From a virus (lineage: Duplodnaviria; Heunggongvirae; Uroviricota; Caudoviricetes), in the IMG/VR virus record IMGVR_UViG_637000261_000005: DNA of 33,575 bases; one strand, 5' to 3'. A program made the translations under genes and the position numbers. Of this stretch, positions 8,925 to 18,696 are shown in pieces. The notes beneath the pieces are model-generated. The model searched no databases, had not been told where the DNA came from, and worked only from the letters and a program-made list of their open reading frames with translations. Each line of letters starts with the position of its first letter. The first letter of the stretch is position 1.

Positions 8925-11768
8925 GTGAGCGGGCGGCACTTCGTAGCGGGAATGCAGACAATGAAGACTCTTGATATCCGGGTCGCTTTCAGCGCCGTTG
9001 ACAGGCTGACCCGGCCTGCCGAAAACGCCCGCCGCCTGATGGGGCAGTTTGGTGACTCCATCCAGCGAACGCAGGGGGCGATCAAAAATCTCGAGCGTCA
9101 GGCGCGATCATTTGAGCGCGCCCGTGACGCTGTCAGTAAAGCGGATGCTGGCATCGTGAAAGCACGACGCCAGCTTAACGCCCTTAATCAGTTACAACGC
9201 ACGGGTACAGTGCTCAGCGAAAAACAACAAAAGCTGATGCAGCAGTTAAGCACCCGGCTTGAACGCCTGAATGAATCGCGCACACGGGAAATTCAGAAAA
9301 TGCGGGAGCTTGGCGGAGAGCTGAAACGCCACGGCATTTCCCTGACAGGTAGCGATAACACCATCCAGCAGGCCATCAGACGCACCGAACAGTACAACAA
9401 CCAGCTTGAACGCGAACGGCAGGCGCTTGCGCGTGTAACACGGGCGCGTGAGCGGTATTCGCGCGCGCAGGAAACAGCGGGAAAACTGAAAACAGGTGGT
9501 GCGCTGGCAATTGGTGCGGCAGCGGCGGGCGGCTATGCTGCCGGGCGTTTTTTGCAGCCTGCGATCGGGTTCGGCAAAGAGATGTCCCGCGTTCAGGCAC
9601 TGACGCGAATCGACCAGAACAGCCCGCAGTTTAAGGCGCTGCGTGAGCAGGCGTTAAAACTTGGCTCTGAAACGCAGTTCACCGCAGGCGATGCCGCCAG
9701 TGGACAGGCATTTCTTGCAATGGCTGGCTTTACACCACAGGCCATTCAGGCTGCGCTCCCTGGCGTACTGAGCATGGCAACGGCTGGCGGTATGGACCTC
9801 GGTGAGACGGCGGATATTGGCTCAAATATTCTGACGCAGTTCGGTCTTTCTGCTGACCAGATGGACCGGGTCGGCGACACACTCACCGCAGCGTTTACCC
9901 GTACCAACACTGACCTTCGCGCACTGGGTGAAACCATGAAATATGCAGGTCCGGTGGCGGGTAAGCTGGGAATATCTCTGGAGCAGGCCGCAGCGATGGC
10001 GGGCGTGCTGGCGAATATGGGTATCAGGGGGAGTGATGCTGGTACGGCAATGCGTGCCAGCCTGGCTCGTCTGGCATCACCGCCAAAGGCGGCAGCAGAG
10101 GCGCTGAAAGAGCTTGGCGTGTCTGTCTCGGATGCCGGGGGCAAAATGCGCCCGATGGAGGATGTGCTGGCTGACCTTTATAAAGCTACCCGCAAATACG
10201 GGGAAGTTGACCGGGTATCGTTCTTTAAGGACATTGCCGGAGAAGAGGCTTTCACATCATTTATGGCCCTCGTTGATGCGGCAGGTGACGGCTCCTTACC
10301 CAAACTGAGAAAAGAACTTGAAGGCGCGCGCGGTGAGGCTGAACGCACGGCAAAGGTTATGGCCAACAACCTTGACGGCGATCTGAAATCACTCAGCAGT
10401 GCATGGGAAGGGTTGCGCATCCGCATTGCAGATCTGATTGACGGTCCGCTGCGTTCTGTCACGCAGTGGCTCACGCGTGTGGTATCAAAGGTGACGGCGC
10501 TGGCGCAGGCCCATCCCGCACTGACGCGCCAGCTACTGATTGCAGGCGGTGCATTGCTGGCAATGACTGCAACGGTTGGCTCGTTGTCGCTGGCTATTGG
10601 TGTGCTTGCTGGCCCGCTGGCAAAACTGCGTCTTGGTTTTTCCCTCCTGACCGGATCAATGAATGCTGTCAGGGTTCTGCCAGCACTATGGGGAATGGTG
10701 ACGGGTTCCGTTTCTTTACTGGGAGGCGCTATCGGGGCGTTGTTCAGTCCGGTTGGTCTTATCGTGGCTGCGCTTGCCGGAGCTGCCGTTCTTATCTGGA
10801 AATACTGGGATCCCATCAGGGCATTTTTTGCCGGGGTGTTCAGCGGGATTATGGAAAGGCTGACCCCGTTGCGCGAAACCTTTGAACGGTTTGGTCCTGT
10901 TTTTGACGCAATCGGGAGTGGGATCAGCCAGGTGTTTAACTGGTTTAAATCGCTGCTGTCACCGATGGAGTCCAGCAAGGAAACTCTGGATAAATGTACC
11001 AGTGCTGGCGAGATATTCGGTAACGTTCTTGGCGGTGCGTTACAACTTGTTCTGACACCTGCAAAAATGTTGCTGGATACGCTGGCGTGGATACTTGAAA
11101 AGCTTGGTGTGCTTCCGGATGAAGCGGAAAGGGCGCGCAAGAAAATCGAAGACGCACAGCGTGCGGCCATTCTTCAGGACAAGGTTGCCTTGCTTCAGGG
11201 GGATCTGGCGAAAATCAATCCGCCGAAGCCTGTGGAAAATGGCAATGGCACCGGAGGTGATAACCCCAAAGACAATAAACCGCTCACAGACAGCAATACC
11301 GGTACGCTGCGCAGACTCAGCAAAATTGCTGATAACACAGGTAAGCTGGTTGAGGAGACGAAAAAACGCATTGGCCCCGGCGATATTGTCTTTAAAAACC
11401 TGCCCCGAGCACTTGCTGTTCGTGGGGAGTGGCAGGAGCGGAAGATTGCGCAGGTCAGTAAGCCTGCCCCCGCAATTAATATCACACCCGTGGTTCCGGC
11501 TCCGCTGCCTCCGGCGCTGGTCCCTGTTGTTGCAGCCAGCTCCCGCCCGGTGGCGGAGGCTATACGATCTCCAGTGGCATCAGTTCCTGTAACTTCCCGT
11601 AACCGGGAGCCTGTTGCCTTCGGATTTGGTGGTGAAATTCATGTTCATCTGCATAACGTTGTTACGCAGAATCCCCGCGAACTGGCGAAACTGGTCGGTG
11701 AAATGGTCAGGGCAGAAATGGAACGGCGCGCCCGTGCCGGGCGTGGCTGTTTTTACGATAAAGATTGA
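8925..11768 (+). CDS. T: Tail tape measure protein (P2 gpT-like); start uncertain (GTG 8925, ATG 8952 or 8961)
   Basis: 947-aa ORF with coiled-coil N-terminal region, Gly/Ala-rich hydrophobic central segments, located after E/E'. Confidence 0.9.
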   Translation: MSGRHFVAGMQTMKTLDIRVAFSAVDRLTRPAENARRLMGQFGDSIQRTQGAIKNLERQARSFERARDAVSKADAGIVKARRQLNALNQLQRTGTVLSEKQQKLMQQLSTRLERLNESRTREIQKMRELGGELKRHGISLTGSDNTIQQAIRRTEQYNNQLERERQALARVTRARERYSRAQETAGKLKTGGALAIGAAAAGGYAAGRFLQPAIGFGKEMSRVQALTRIDQNSPQFKALREQALKLGSETQFTAGDAASGQAFLAMAGFTPQAIQAALPGVLSMATAGGMDLGETADIGSNILTQFGLSADQMDRVGDTLTAAFTRTNTDLRALGETMKYAGPVAGKLGISLEQAAAMAGVLANMGIRGSDAGTAMRASLARLASPPKAAAEALKELGVSVSDAGGKMRPMEDVLADLYKATRKYGEVDRVSFFKDIAGEEAFTSFMALVDAAGDGSLPKLRKELEGARGEAERTAKVMANNLDGDLKSLSSAWEGLRIRIADLIDGPLRSVTQWLTRVVSKVTALAQAHPALTRQLLIAGGALLAMTATVGSLSLAIGVLAGPLAKLRLGFSLLTGSMNAVRVLPALWGMVTGSVSLLGGAIGALFSPVGLIVAALAGAAVLIWKYWDPIRAFFAGVFSGIMERLTPLRETFERFGPVFDAIGSGISQVFNWFKSLLSPMESSKETLDKCTSAGEIFGNVLGGALQLVLTPAKMLLDTLAWILEKLGVLPDEAERARKKIEDAQRAAILQDKVALLQGDLAKINPPKPVENGNGTGGDNPKDNKPLTDSNTGTLRRLSKIADNTGKLVEETKKRIGPGDIVFKNLPRALAVRGEWQERKIAQVSKPAPAINITPVVPAPLPPALVPVVAASSRPVAEAIRSPVASVPVTSRNREPVAFGFGGEIHVHLHNVVTQNPRELAKLVGEMVRAEMERRARAGRGCFYDKD

Positions 11769-11774
11769 GGAGTC

Positions 11775-12269
11775 ATGGCCATGATGATGATCTACGGCAT
11801 GTTTGTTTTTGAGCTGCGCACGCTGCCGCATCAGCAGTTACAGCAAAACAAAAGCTGGCGGCATGTGAAAAATGAACGCGTTAACCGTTCAGCAAGCTGG
11901 CAGTATATCGGTGCAGGTGATGATCGCATCGTTCTTTCTGGTGTGCTTTATCCTGAAATTACAGGTGGCGAAGTGTCGCTGTCGCTGCTGACTACGCAGG
12001 CGTATACAGGACGACCCTGGCCTTTGATTGATGGCGTCGGGCAGATTTACGGCATGTATGTCCTGACTGAAACGAATACGACCCGCTCCGAGTTTGATCG
12101 CTACGGTAAGGCGAAAAAGATAGAATTTTCACTGACTCTTGAACGCTGTGATGAGGATTTGCGGGAGCGCCTGCAATCCTCATCGTTCAGTGATATGCTG
12201 TCCGGCTTCAAAGATAAGGTGACATCATCTCTTAACAGCGCGGCCAGTTCAGTTAAAGGGCTGTTCTGA
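11775..12269 (+). CDS. U: Tail protein U (P2 gpU-like)
   Basis: 164-aa ORF directly after the tape-measure gene. Confidence 0.8.
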   Translation: MAMMMIYGMFVFELRTLPHQQLQQNKSWRHVKNERVNRSASWQYIGAGDDRIVLSGVLYPEITGGEVSLSLLTTQAYTGRPWPLIDGVGQIYGMYVLTETNTTRSEFDRYGKAKKIEFSLTLERCDEDLRERLQSSSFSDMLSGFKDKVTSSLNSAASSVKGLF

Positions 12270-12278
12270 TTTAACACA

Positions 12279-12308
12279 AAAACCGCTAATGGTCAGATTA
12301 GCGGTTTT
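12279..12308. terminator. Bidirectional palindromic terminator shared by convergent U and invertase genes
   Basis: Perfect 12-bp inverted repeat AAAACCGCTAAT/ATTAGCGGTTTT with 6-bp spacer; overlaps the invertase stop codon (12298-12300). Confidence 0.5.
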
Positions 12309-12915
12309 CATTTTCCTGAGTCTGCCCGGTTGTTTCTTCAGTCTGTATATCGCCTACAGGGTGATAACGATAAATCGTCGATGTGCCAATGCCGTAAATT
12401 ATTGCCAGTTGTTTTCTGTCGTGCCCGTTTTTGATTAGCCTTGCTATTTGCTCATGCTGTTCTTTTGTCAGCTTCGGTCGACGTCCGCCTGTGCGCCCCC
12501 TTGCGCGCGCTGCCGCCAGCCCGGCCAGTGTACGTTCAACAATTAATTCACGTTCCATTTCAGCCAGGGCACCCATCACGTGGAAGAAAAAACGCCCCAT
12601 TGGAGAAGATGTGTCTATGCTGTCGGTCAGACTGCGAAAATTAATCCCTCGCTCCCGTAGTTCCCCGACGAGAGAAATCAGATGTTTCATGCTTCGCCCG
12701 AGGCGATCCAGTTTCCAGACAACCAGCGTGTCACCTTTTTGAAGGCGCTTTAAAGCGCGTTTTAATCCCGGTCGGTCTGTCTTTGTCCCGCTTAATTTAT
12801 CTTCAAATATTTGTTCACATCCTGCACAAACAAGAGCGTTTTGTTGCAGGTCTGTATTCTGGTCATTTGTTGATACCCTTACATAGCCAATCAGCACACT
12901 GAATCTCCCGTCCAA
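12298..12915 (-). CDS. pin: Serine DNA invertase (Pin/Gin/Hin/Cin family); likely true start GTG at 12895-12897
   Basis: LIGYVRVSTNDQNTDLQ...GDTLVVWKLDRLGRSMKHL...FFFHVMGALAEMERELIVERT... carries the catalytic Ser motif and conserved blocks of Pin/Gin; sits immediately outside crossover site 1. Confidence 0.9.
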   Translation of the reverse strand: MDGRFSVLIGYVRVSTNDQNTDLQQNALVCAGCEQIFEDKLSGTKTDRPGLKRALKRLQKGDTLVVWKLDRLGRSMKHLISLVGELRERGINFRSLTDSIDTSSPMGRFFFHVMGALAEMERELIVERTLAGLAAARARGRTGGRRPKLTKEQHEQIARLIKNGHDRKQLAIIYGIGTSTIYRYHPVGDIQTEETTGQTQENENR

Positions 12916-12951
12916 AAGCGCAAATCATGCCATGCAGGCCAGAAACGGCCA

Positions 12952-12977
12952 TTATTTAAAACCTCGGTTTACGAGAA
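12952..12977. other. hix/gix-like inversion crossover site 1
   Basis: TTATTTAAAACCTCGGTTTACGAGAA; inverted copy of site 2 (21/26 identical, core ACCTCGGTTTAC identical); imperfect internal dyad. Confidence 0.7.
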
Positions 12978-13673
12978 CTCGGCACAAGCGGGGAGAAAAT
13001 ACCGTTACTCAGTACAGCGAATACCTGGACCAATCGACAAACATTCAGCGGTGGCCTTTCTGGGGAACTGTCCGGCAATGCCGCTACTGCAACAAAGCTG
13101 AAAACAGCACGAAAAATTGCTGGAGTTGGTTTTGATGGTTCTAGCGATATCTCAATTAGTGCCAAAAATGTCAATGCATTTGCACTCCGACAAACAGGTA
13201 ATACTGTTAATGGTGATACATCCGTTGGATGGAATTGGGATAGTGGTGCATATAACGCCCTGATTGGTGGTGCATCTGCATTAATTCTTCACTTTAATAT
13301 AAATGCTGGTAGCTGTCCTGCCGTACAATTCCGTGTGAATTATAAAAATGGTGGCATTTCCTACAGGTCGGCTCGTGATGGTTATGGGGTTGAATTACGT
13401 TGGTCAGATTTCTATACCACGACACGAAAACCTTCAGCGGGAGATGTTGGTGCATATACGCGGGCAGAATGTAACTCAATGTTTATTACAGGTATTCGCC
13501 TTGGCGGTCTGTCATCTGTTCAGACATGGAATGGTCCCGGCTGGTCTGACAGGTCAGGTTATGTCGTTACGGGTTCAGTTAACGGAAACCGTGATGAATT
13601 AATTGATACAACACAGGCAAGGCCAATTCAGTATTGCATTAATGGGACGTGGTATAACGCGGGGAGTATTTAA
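12966..13673 (+). CDS. Alternative tail-fibre C-terminal segment (Sv'-like), promoterless and without start codon in current orientation
   Basis: Open frame in register with site 1 (...TNRQTFSGGLSGELSGNAATATKL... to ...PIQYCINGTWYNAGSI); ends with the same INGTWYN motif as H; would fuse in frame to H after inversion. Confidence 0.65.
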   Translation, partial: GLRELGTSGEKIPLLSTANTWTNRQTFSGGLSGELSGNAATATKLKTARKIAGVGFDGSSDISISAKNVNAFALRQTGNTVNGDTSVGWNWDSGAYNALIGGASALILHFNINAGSCPAVQFRVNYKNGGISYRSARDGYGVELRWSDFYTTTRKPSAGDVGAYTRAECNSMFITGIRLGGLSSVQTWNGPGWSDRSGYVVTGSVNGNRDELIDTTQARPIQYCINGTWYNAGSI

Positions 13674-13675
13674 CG

Positions 13676-14209
13676 ATGATGCACTTAAAAAACATTACTG
13701 CTGGCAACCCTAAAACAAAAGAGCAATACCAGCTAACAAAGCAATTTAACATCAAATGGCTTTATTCAGATGATGGAAAAAACTGGTATGAGGAACAAAA
13801 GAATTTCCAGCCAGACACTTTGAAAATGGTCTATTACCATAACGGCGTTATTATTTGTATTGAAAAGGATGTTTCAGCAATTAATCCGGAAGGCGCAAGC
13901 GTCGTTGAATTACCTGATATTACAGCAAATCGCCGGGCTGATATTTCGGGGAAATGGTTGTTCAAAGATGGCGTAGTGATAAAGCGAACTTATACCGAGG
14001 AAGAGCAGAGGCAACAAGCGGAAAATGAAAAGCAAAGCCTGTTGCAACTTGTCAGGGATAAAACCCAGCTATGGGACTCACAGCTACGGCTGGGCATCAT
14101 TTCCGACGAGAATAAACAAAAATTAACCGAGTGGATGCTCTATGCGCAGAAAGTCGAATCTACAGACACCTCCAGCCTGCCAGTAACGTTTCCCGAACAA
14201 CCAGAATGA
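13676..14209 (+). CDS. Tail fibre assembly chaperone, alternative copy
   Basis: 177-aa [25 protein letters not shown]...; paralogous to the minus-strand copy at 14238-14766. Confidence 0.8.
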   Translation: MMHLKNITAGNPKTKEQYQLTKQFNIKWLYSDDGKNWYEEQKNFQPDTLKMVYYHNGVIICIEKDVSAINPEGASVVELPDITANRRADISGKWLFKDGVVIKRTYTEEEQRQQAENEKQSLLQLVRDKTQLWDSQLRLGIISDENKQKLTEWMLYAQKVESTDTSSLPVTFPEQPE

Positions 14210-14212
14210 GAG

Positions 14213-14232
14213 AAGGCCCGATATTGGGCCTT
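14213..14232. terminator. Hairpin between the convergent tail-fibre assembly genes
   Basis: AAGGCCC-GATATT-GGGCCTT inverted repeat followed by T-rich tract on plus strand. Confidence 0.4.
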
Positions 14233-14237
14233 AATTT

Positions 14238-14766
14238 TTACTCAGGCTTTTGTGGCCATTCGGGATTTGCTGTATCCACACGGCTGACCAGAACGCTGTA
14301 GCGTTCCCATGACTCCAGTCGTGTGCGTTCCTCATCCATCGCCATATTCAGCCTGACAGCGCGTTCCAGTGGCTGAATAACGCTTTCAGCTTCAGAAAGC
14401 AACGCGACCTTTTGTGATTCGGCCTGTTGTTGCTGTTCGTCTGCTGTATAAATCCGCTTAACCACAGTTCCGTCCTTAAACATCCACTTCCCTGAATCAT
14501 CGGCACGACGATTGGCTGTTATATCTGGAATCTCAACGACACTAAAGCCTTCGGGATTAAGTGTTGGGGCATCTTTGGTTATGGCAACAATAATATTATT
14601 TTCGTCGTATACAATCTTTATGGTGTCGTCCTGAAAGTTATTTACTTCCTCATACCAGTTTTTACCGTCTTCGGACCATAACCAGATAACATCAAAATTC
14701 TTTGTTAGCTGATATTGTTCTTTTGTTTTTGGATTTCCGGACTTAATATTTTTTAATATGCTGCAT
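14238..14766 (-). CDS. Tail fibre assembly chaperone (P2 gpG-like), currently expressed copy; N-terminus disturbed by 1-bp insertion in a T6 run (14749-14754)
   Basis: ATG at 14764-14766, 3 nt after the H stop, reads MQHIKKY-stop; removing one A restores [22 protein letters not shown]..., parallel to the alternative copy. The ORF track frame extends upstream to 14846. Confidence 0.7.
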
Positions 14767-14769
14767 AAT

Positions 14770-16920
14770 TTACACCTGTGCGACGTTATACCATGTGCCA
14801 TTGATGTATTTTTGTATTGGTCTGAAGATGGCTTCATCATCGCCATCTACTTCACCAATGATTCTTAATCCGGTAATTGCGTGTCCGGCTTTTTCATAAC
14901 GACCACCACGCGCCATCAATTGAACAACACGCGTACCCAGGCGAACATCTTTTACATAGCGTGAATCAAAATTCCCCCAGTTGCTGGGCTGTATCTGACC
15001 GTTAACAGAAAATATTACCGAGTTATCTGTATTTCGCTGGCTATAGAAATGCCATCCTGCCTCATTGCCTAACTCTGCAACTACTGGACGGGTTGAAGCA
15101 CCCCATAAATTAAACGTTGCATTCTTTGTGGAGTTGTTGGAGCTGGATAGCGTGAATTTTTTACCATCCCCGGCCTGAATATTTTTAAAAGCAATAGCCA
15201 CTCCATTCTGAAAGCGGAATACACGCTGACTATTAGCATAAACATCCAGAATACCGTCTCCATTCTGTTTAAATCCGGTGTCATTATCACCAAGAACAAT
15301 AGAGCTACCACCTAACGCATTCGTCGAACCAACTCCAAGACTGCCATTAATGACAGCATTAACAAGAATATTTAGTGCATCCCATTTCAGCGTCATCAGG
15401 TCTTTTGTTGTGGTGCTCTGGCGGCTTCTCCATTTGAAATATTCATTGCCGTTGTCGCCTGTTTCAAACCACATGTATGAATCAGTGTCACCATCGGCAT
15501 CATTTTTAAATCCAATCTTCGCCCAGTCAGTATTTCGAATCCAGGCAAGGATTGAGTCATTTTCAAAAGTAAGCCCACCGGACAAGGTATCGCCATTTTT
15601 TTGCACGGCGTTACCAGCCCTGTTTACCGTTTCCTGTAAACCGAGGTATTCGATAACGGCAGCAACGGTCGATTTCGCAAGAATATCCCGCCCGACTTTT
15701 GTCAGGGTTGCCAGGCTGGCGACATCATTCCCCGTAAAATACGGAAACCTGTCTGCCGCAGTAGCAAGCCCGGCCAGCGCCGTCAGGGTGGCATCTTTCG
15801 GTTGCTTACCCGCAAGCGCGTTAGTCATGGTGGTCGCAAAATTCGGGGCGTTTCCCAGCGCCGCCGCTAACTCGTTCAGCGTATTCAGTGCGTCAGGTGA
15901 CGAATCTACAAGGGCGGCAATCGCAGCCATAACGAAAGCCGTGCTTGCGATTTGGGTATTATTCGTTCCCTGTCGCGCAGCTGGCGTTGTTGGCGTTCCG
16001 GTCAGCGCAGGACTGTTTAAGGGCGCTTTCTTGTTCGTTTCATCCATTACCGCCTTAACCGCTTTCGATGTCGCGGCCAGTGTTTCAGACGTGCTGTTGG
16101 TGGCACTACTGAGCTGGACTATCCCTTTTTGTGCCGTCGTGGCGTCCTGAGCGGTATATTTTGCGTTAGCAAGGTCATACGCGGCCTTTACTGCTTTCGG
16201 CGTTGCAGCCTGCGTTTCAGACGTGCTGTTGGTGGCGCTACTGAGCTGGACAAGGCCTTTTCGCGTCGTGCTGGCATCCTGCGCAGTATATTTACCGTTA
16301 GCAAGATCATACGCGGCCTTTACTGCTTTCGGCGTTGCAGCCTGCGTTTCAGACACGCTGTTAGTGGCGCTACTGAGTTGAACAAAGCCTTTTGCGGTCA
16401 GCGAGGCGTCCGGGTGACGTCGTGACTGTTCATGCTCTTTCAGTTTGTCATCCACGTAATCCACTGTGGCCATCACCATGGTGTTGTCCACGGTAAGCGC
16501 CACGGTGGCAGTGCTGGATACGGTCAGAATGGTGCGAAATGTTTGTGCACGACCGGACCCTTCGGCAACGGCTGGCTTGTAACTTTCGGCAGTATTTCCC
16601 ACCGCGATTAAATCGCCGTGCTCATCAAATACACCAATTTCCCGGATCCAGAATCCGCCCGTTTCAGGAGGAATAACCAGCTCCGCAATAATGCGGTTCT
16701 GATGTGTTGCGTCCAGGATGACGCGATTAACAGTATGTCGCCACACCTCATGCACCAGACGGGTCTGCTTACTGTCTGGTGTGGGCAACGTGCCGCCACC
16801 GTCGCCCACGGCCATATGAGTCAGGCGGACAGGCTTACCATCTGGCGCGGCTACCTGAGCTAATTTTTTTGCACCCGTATCGGTGATAATGGTTTTAAAT
16901 TTTCGTGTTGTGGTACTCAT
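14770..16920 (-). CDS. H: Tail fibre protein (P2 gpH-like); C-terminal part (14770 to about 15643) lies inside the invertible segment
   Basis: 716-aa ORF with tandem fibre repeats and C-terminal ...[11 protein letters not shown]; crossover site 2 is within codons ...VIEYLGLQE.... Confidence 0.9.
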   Translation of the reverse strand: MSTTTRKFKTIITDTGAKKLAQVAAPDGKPVRLTHMAVGDGGGTLPTPDSKQTRLVHEVWRHTVNRVILDATHQNRIIAELVIPPETGGFWIREIGVFDEHGDLIAVGNTAESYKPAVAEGSGRAQTFRTILTVSSTATVALTVDNTMVMATVDYVDDKLKEHEQSRRHPDASLTAKGFVQLSSATNSVSETQAATPKAVKAAYDLANGKYTAQDASTTRKGLVQLSSATNSTSETQAATPKAVKAAYDLANAKYTAQDATTAQKGIVQLSSATNSTSETLAATSKAVKAVMDETNKKAPLNSPALTGTPTTPAARQGTNNTQIASTAFVMAAIAALVDSSPDALNTLNELAAALGNAPNFATTMTNALAGKQPKDATLTALAGLATAADRFPYFTGNDVASLATLTKVGRDILAKSTVAAVIEYLGLQETVNRAGNAVQKNGDTLSGGLTFENDSILAWIRNTDWAKIGFKNDADGDTDSYMWFETGDNGNEYFKWRSRQSTTTKDLMTLKWDALNILVNAVINGSLGVGSTNALGGSSIVLGDNDTGFKQNGDGILDVYANSQRVFRFQNGVAIAFKNIQAGDGKKFTLSSSNNSTKNATFNLWGASTRPVVAELGNEAGWHFYSQRNTDNSVIFSVNGQIQPSNWGNFDSRYVKDVRLGTRVVQLMARGGRYEKAGHAITGLRIIGEVDGDDEAIFRPIQKYINGTWYNVAQV
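15631..15656. other. hix/gix-like inversion crossover site 2, inside gene H
   Basis: TTCCTGTAAACCGAGGTATTCGATAA; reverse complement TTATCGAATACCTCGGTTTACAGGAA matches site 1. Confidence 0.7.
16036..16401 (-). repeat. Three tandem ~132-bp (44-aa) repeats within H
   Basis: Protein repeats KG[24 protein letters not shown]...DLAN-x-KYTAQDA at H residues about 174-295; near-identical nucleotide copies visible. Confidence 0.6.
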
Positions 16921-16922
16921 GC

Positions 16923-17453
16923 TTAATCGCCTGGATAAATGGTAATAACTTCACCGTCATAAGTTGCCGCCGCTGCGAAAATATCCCCCGGAATTTCCTG
17001 AATGATATTCAGCCCTGTCATGTGGCGGCTGACCGGGCGGGCATCAGCAATCAACCGCTCCATTTCCAGATACATTTCCTCCGTCACGCCACTGTCCAGC
17101 GTGCCGACTTCAACGGTAAATGTTCCCGGTTCTCCGCCGAACTCCCACCACTCAGACACGCGAATGAGGTATCCCAGCGGCTCAATGGCCCGGCGCAGTG
17201 CGCTGATGGTCCCTTTGTGTCGGTGTATCAGCCATGCATCACGAATAACCTGTCGCTTTGTCTCTTCCGGCCAGTTGCGATCCCAGCGGTCAACGGAAAA
17301 CGCCCAGGCGAGATAAGGCAGCAGATGCACCGGGCAGGTGTCCGGCGACCACAGCGTGTTGAGGTCTACCGGAATGTCTGTAATGCGTGTTCCGACGGCT
17401 TCGGCACAACGCATGAAATTGCTGGCTGATGGTGGTAACAACGAATTACTCAT
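16923..17453 (-). CDS. I: Baseplate assembly protein (P2 gpI-like); ATG 17451-17453 preferred over GTG 17486
   Basis: Position between H and J; start overlaps J stop by 8 nt. Confidence 0.75.
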   Translation of the reverse strand: MSNSLLPPSASNFMRCAEAVGTRITDIPVDLNTLWSPDTCPVHLLPYLAWAFSVDRWDRNWPEETKRQVIRDAWLIHRHKGTISALRRAIEPLGYLIRVSEWWEFGGEPGTFTVEVGTLDSGVTEEMYLEMERLIADARPVSRHMTGLNIIQEIPGDIFAAAATYDGEVITIYPGD

Positions 17454-18342
17454 TGCGTCCACCTTCGCTGATGGTGAATGACTCACAGCGCGCCGCCTGT
17501 ATGTCGCTGATGGCCATATTCTGTGTGGGTTCGATTATCTCCACGCGTTGCACACCGTGCACATGCAGTGCGGCAGCAATGGCGGACAACGCCACGTCCT
17601 GACCGATAAGCCCCTGCTCAGCCAGCCACTTCCTGAACGACGATTCAGCCGCGGCCAGAATAGGTTCGGATTCCGGGCCGGGGTAAAAGTACAGTTTTGC
17701 ATTCAGCCGCCATGTCACGATTCTGGCACTCTGTACGGTCAGGCGGTCGGCCACCGGGCGGGTATCCTCTGCATTCAGAACGGCGCGAACGGTATTAAGC
17801 AACGCCTCCGTTGCTGTGCCGTCGCCCTCAGTGGACAGGATGGAAACCGTCACGTTGGCCGGAGACGGGCTGATGGCCCGCGCATCGCGTACCAGACCGC
17901 TGGCGCTGCGTGCAAAATACTCGTATGCACCTGACGGGCCAGCAACACTCAGACCGTCATATGCCCGTTGCGCCCGTAGTCTCAGCGAGGTGTCACTTTC
18001 CATCACTGCATCGGTGGTATCCGTTGCCGGAGTGATAACCAGGCGCTTTGTGTTCATATTGCCCGCGAGGTTGTCCAGGTCTGTCCCGGCGCTGTGGCTT
18101 AGCATGCAGGCGCGTGCACCCTCATTGACCCGCTGGCGTAACAGCATTTCACGAAACGACATGGTTTGAGCGATAACGTTAAGGGGTTCCGATTCCAGCT
18201 CCAGCGCGGCGGAAACGGCTTCACGCTGTTCGGCGGGATAGGACGCAATCATCATGGCCTTTGTGTCAGCCAGAATTGCCTCAAAGTCAGGCTCCGCGAT
18301 GATGGCGGGTTCCGGTAACTGTGAAAGGTCAACGGCAGGCAT
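17446..18342 (-). CDS. J: Baseplate assembly protein J (P2 gpJ-like)
   Basis: 298-aa ORF, synteny W-J-I. Confidence 0.8.
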   Translation of the reverse strand: MPAVDLSQLPEPAIIAEPDFEAILADTKAMMIASYPAEQREAVSAALELESEPLNVIAQTMSFREMLLRQRVNEGARACMLSHSAGTDLDNLAGNMNTKRLVITPATDTTDAVMESDTSLRLRAQRAYDGLSVAGPSGAYEYFARSASGLVRDARAISPSPANVTVSILSTEGDGTATEALLNTVRAVLNAEDTRPVADRLTVQSARIVTWRLNAKLYFYPGPESEPILAAAESSFRKWLAEQGLIGQDVALSAIAAALHVHGVQRVEIIEPTQNMAISDIQAARCESFTISEGGRNE

Positions 18343-18345
18343 GAT

Positions 18346-18696
18346 TTACTCCCTCAGCGTGATGGTTAATTCAACATTCTGCATGGTCTGCATGACAGTG
18401 CCCGACAGCGTCACCCCGGCGCGGCCTCCTGCCTTCCAGACAACGTCGATAGCGTCCAGGGCAATGCGGGGTTCCCATCGTGTCAGCGCAATCACGGCAG
18501 CACTCATGCATTGCAGACGCGTGGTGTTATTCATGGGTTCGTCAATCAAATCAGGCACAAGGCTGCCATATTCCCGTCGCATAACCCGGCTTGCCAGCGG
18601 GGTGGTCAGGATGTCCCTGACTGACTGTTTCAGGTGCTCCATATCGTTCAGGTTTCCCGTTCCGTCCGGGTTCATTCCTGTGTAGCGGGTTGTCAC
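18346..18696 (-). CDS. W: Baseplate assembly protein W (gp25-like)
   Basis: 116-aa ORF, synteny V-W-J. Confidence 0.8.
   Translation of the reverse strand: MTTRYTGMNPDGTGNLNDMEHLKQSVRDILTTPLASRVMRREYGSLVPDLIDEPMNNTTRLQCMSAAVIALTRWEPRIALDAIDVVWKAGGRAGVTLSGTVMQTMQNVELTITLRE

Larger units (their letters stand above)
12952..15656. other. Invertible tail-fibre segment (G/C/P-segment-like), about 2.7 kb
   Basis: Bounded by inverted 26-bp sites; contains two oppositely oriented sets of fibre C-terminus plus assembly chaperone; invertase gene adjacent. Confidence 0.7.

Noticed and set aside
10178-11170. 330-aa minus-strand ORF inside the tape-measure gene
   Set aside because: Antisense to a well-supported gene in GC-rich DNA where long spurious open frames are common; Ala/Ser/Pro/Arg-rich low-complexity translation.
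15278-16150. 290-aa plus-strand ORF antisense to tail-fibre gene H
   Set aside because: Lies within the repeat-rich GC-rich part of H; low-complexity product; H is supported by homology and synteny.
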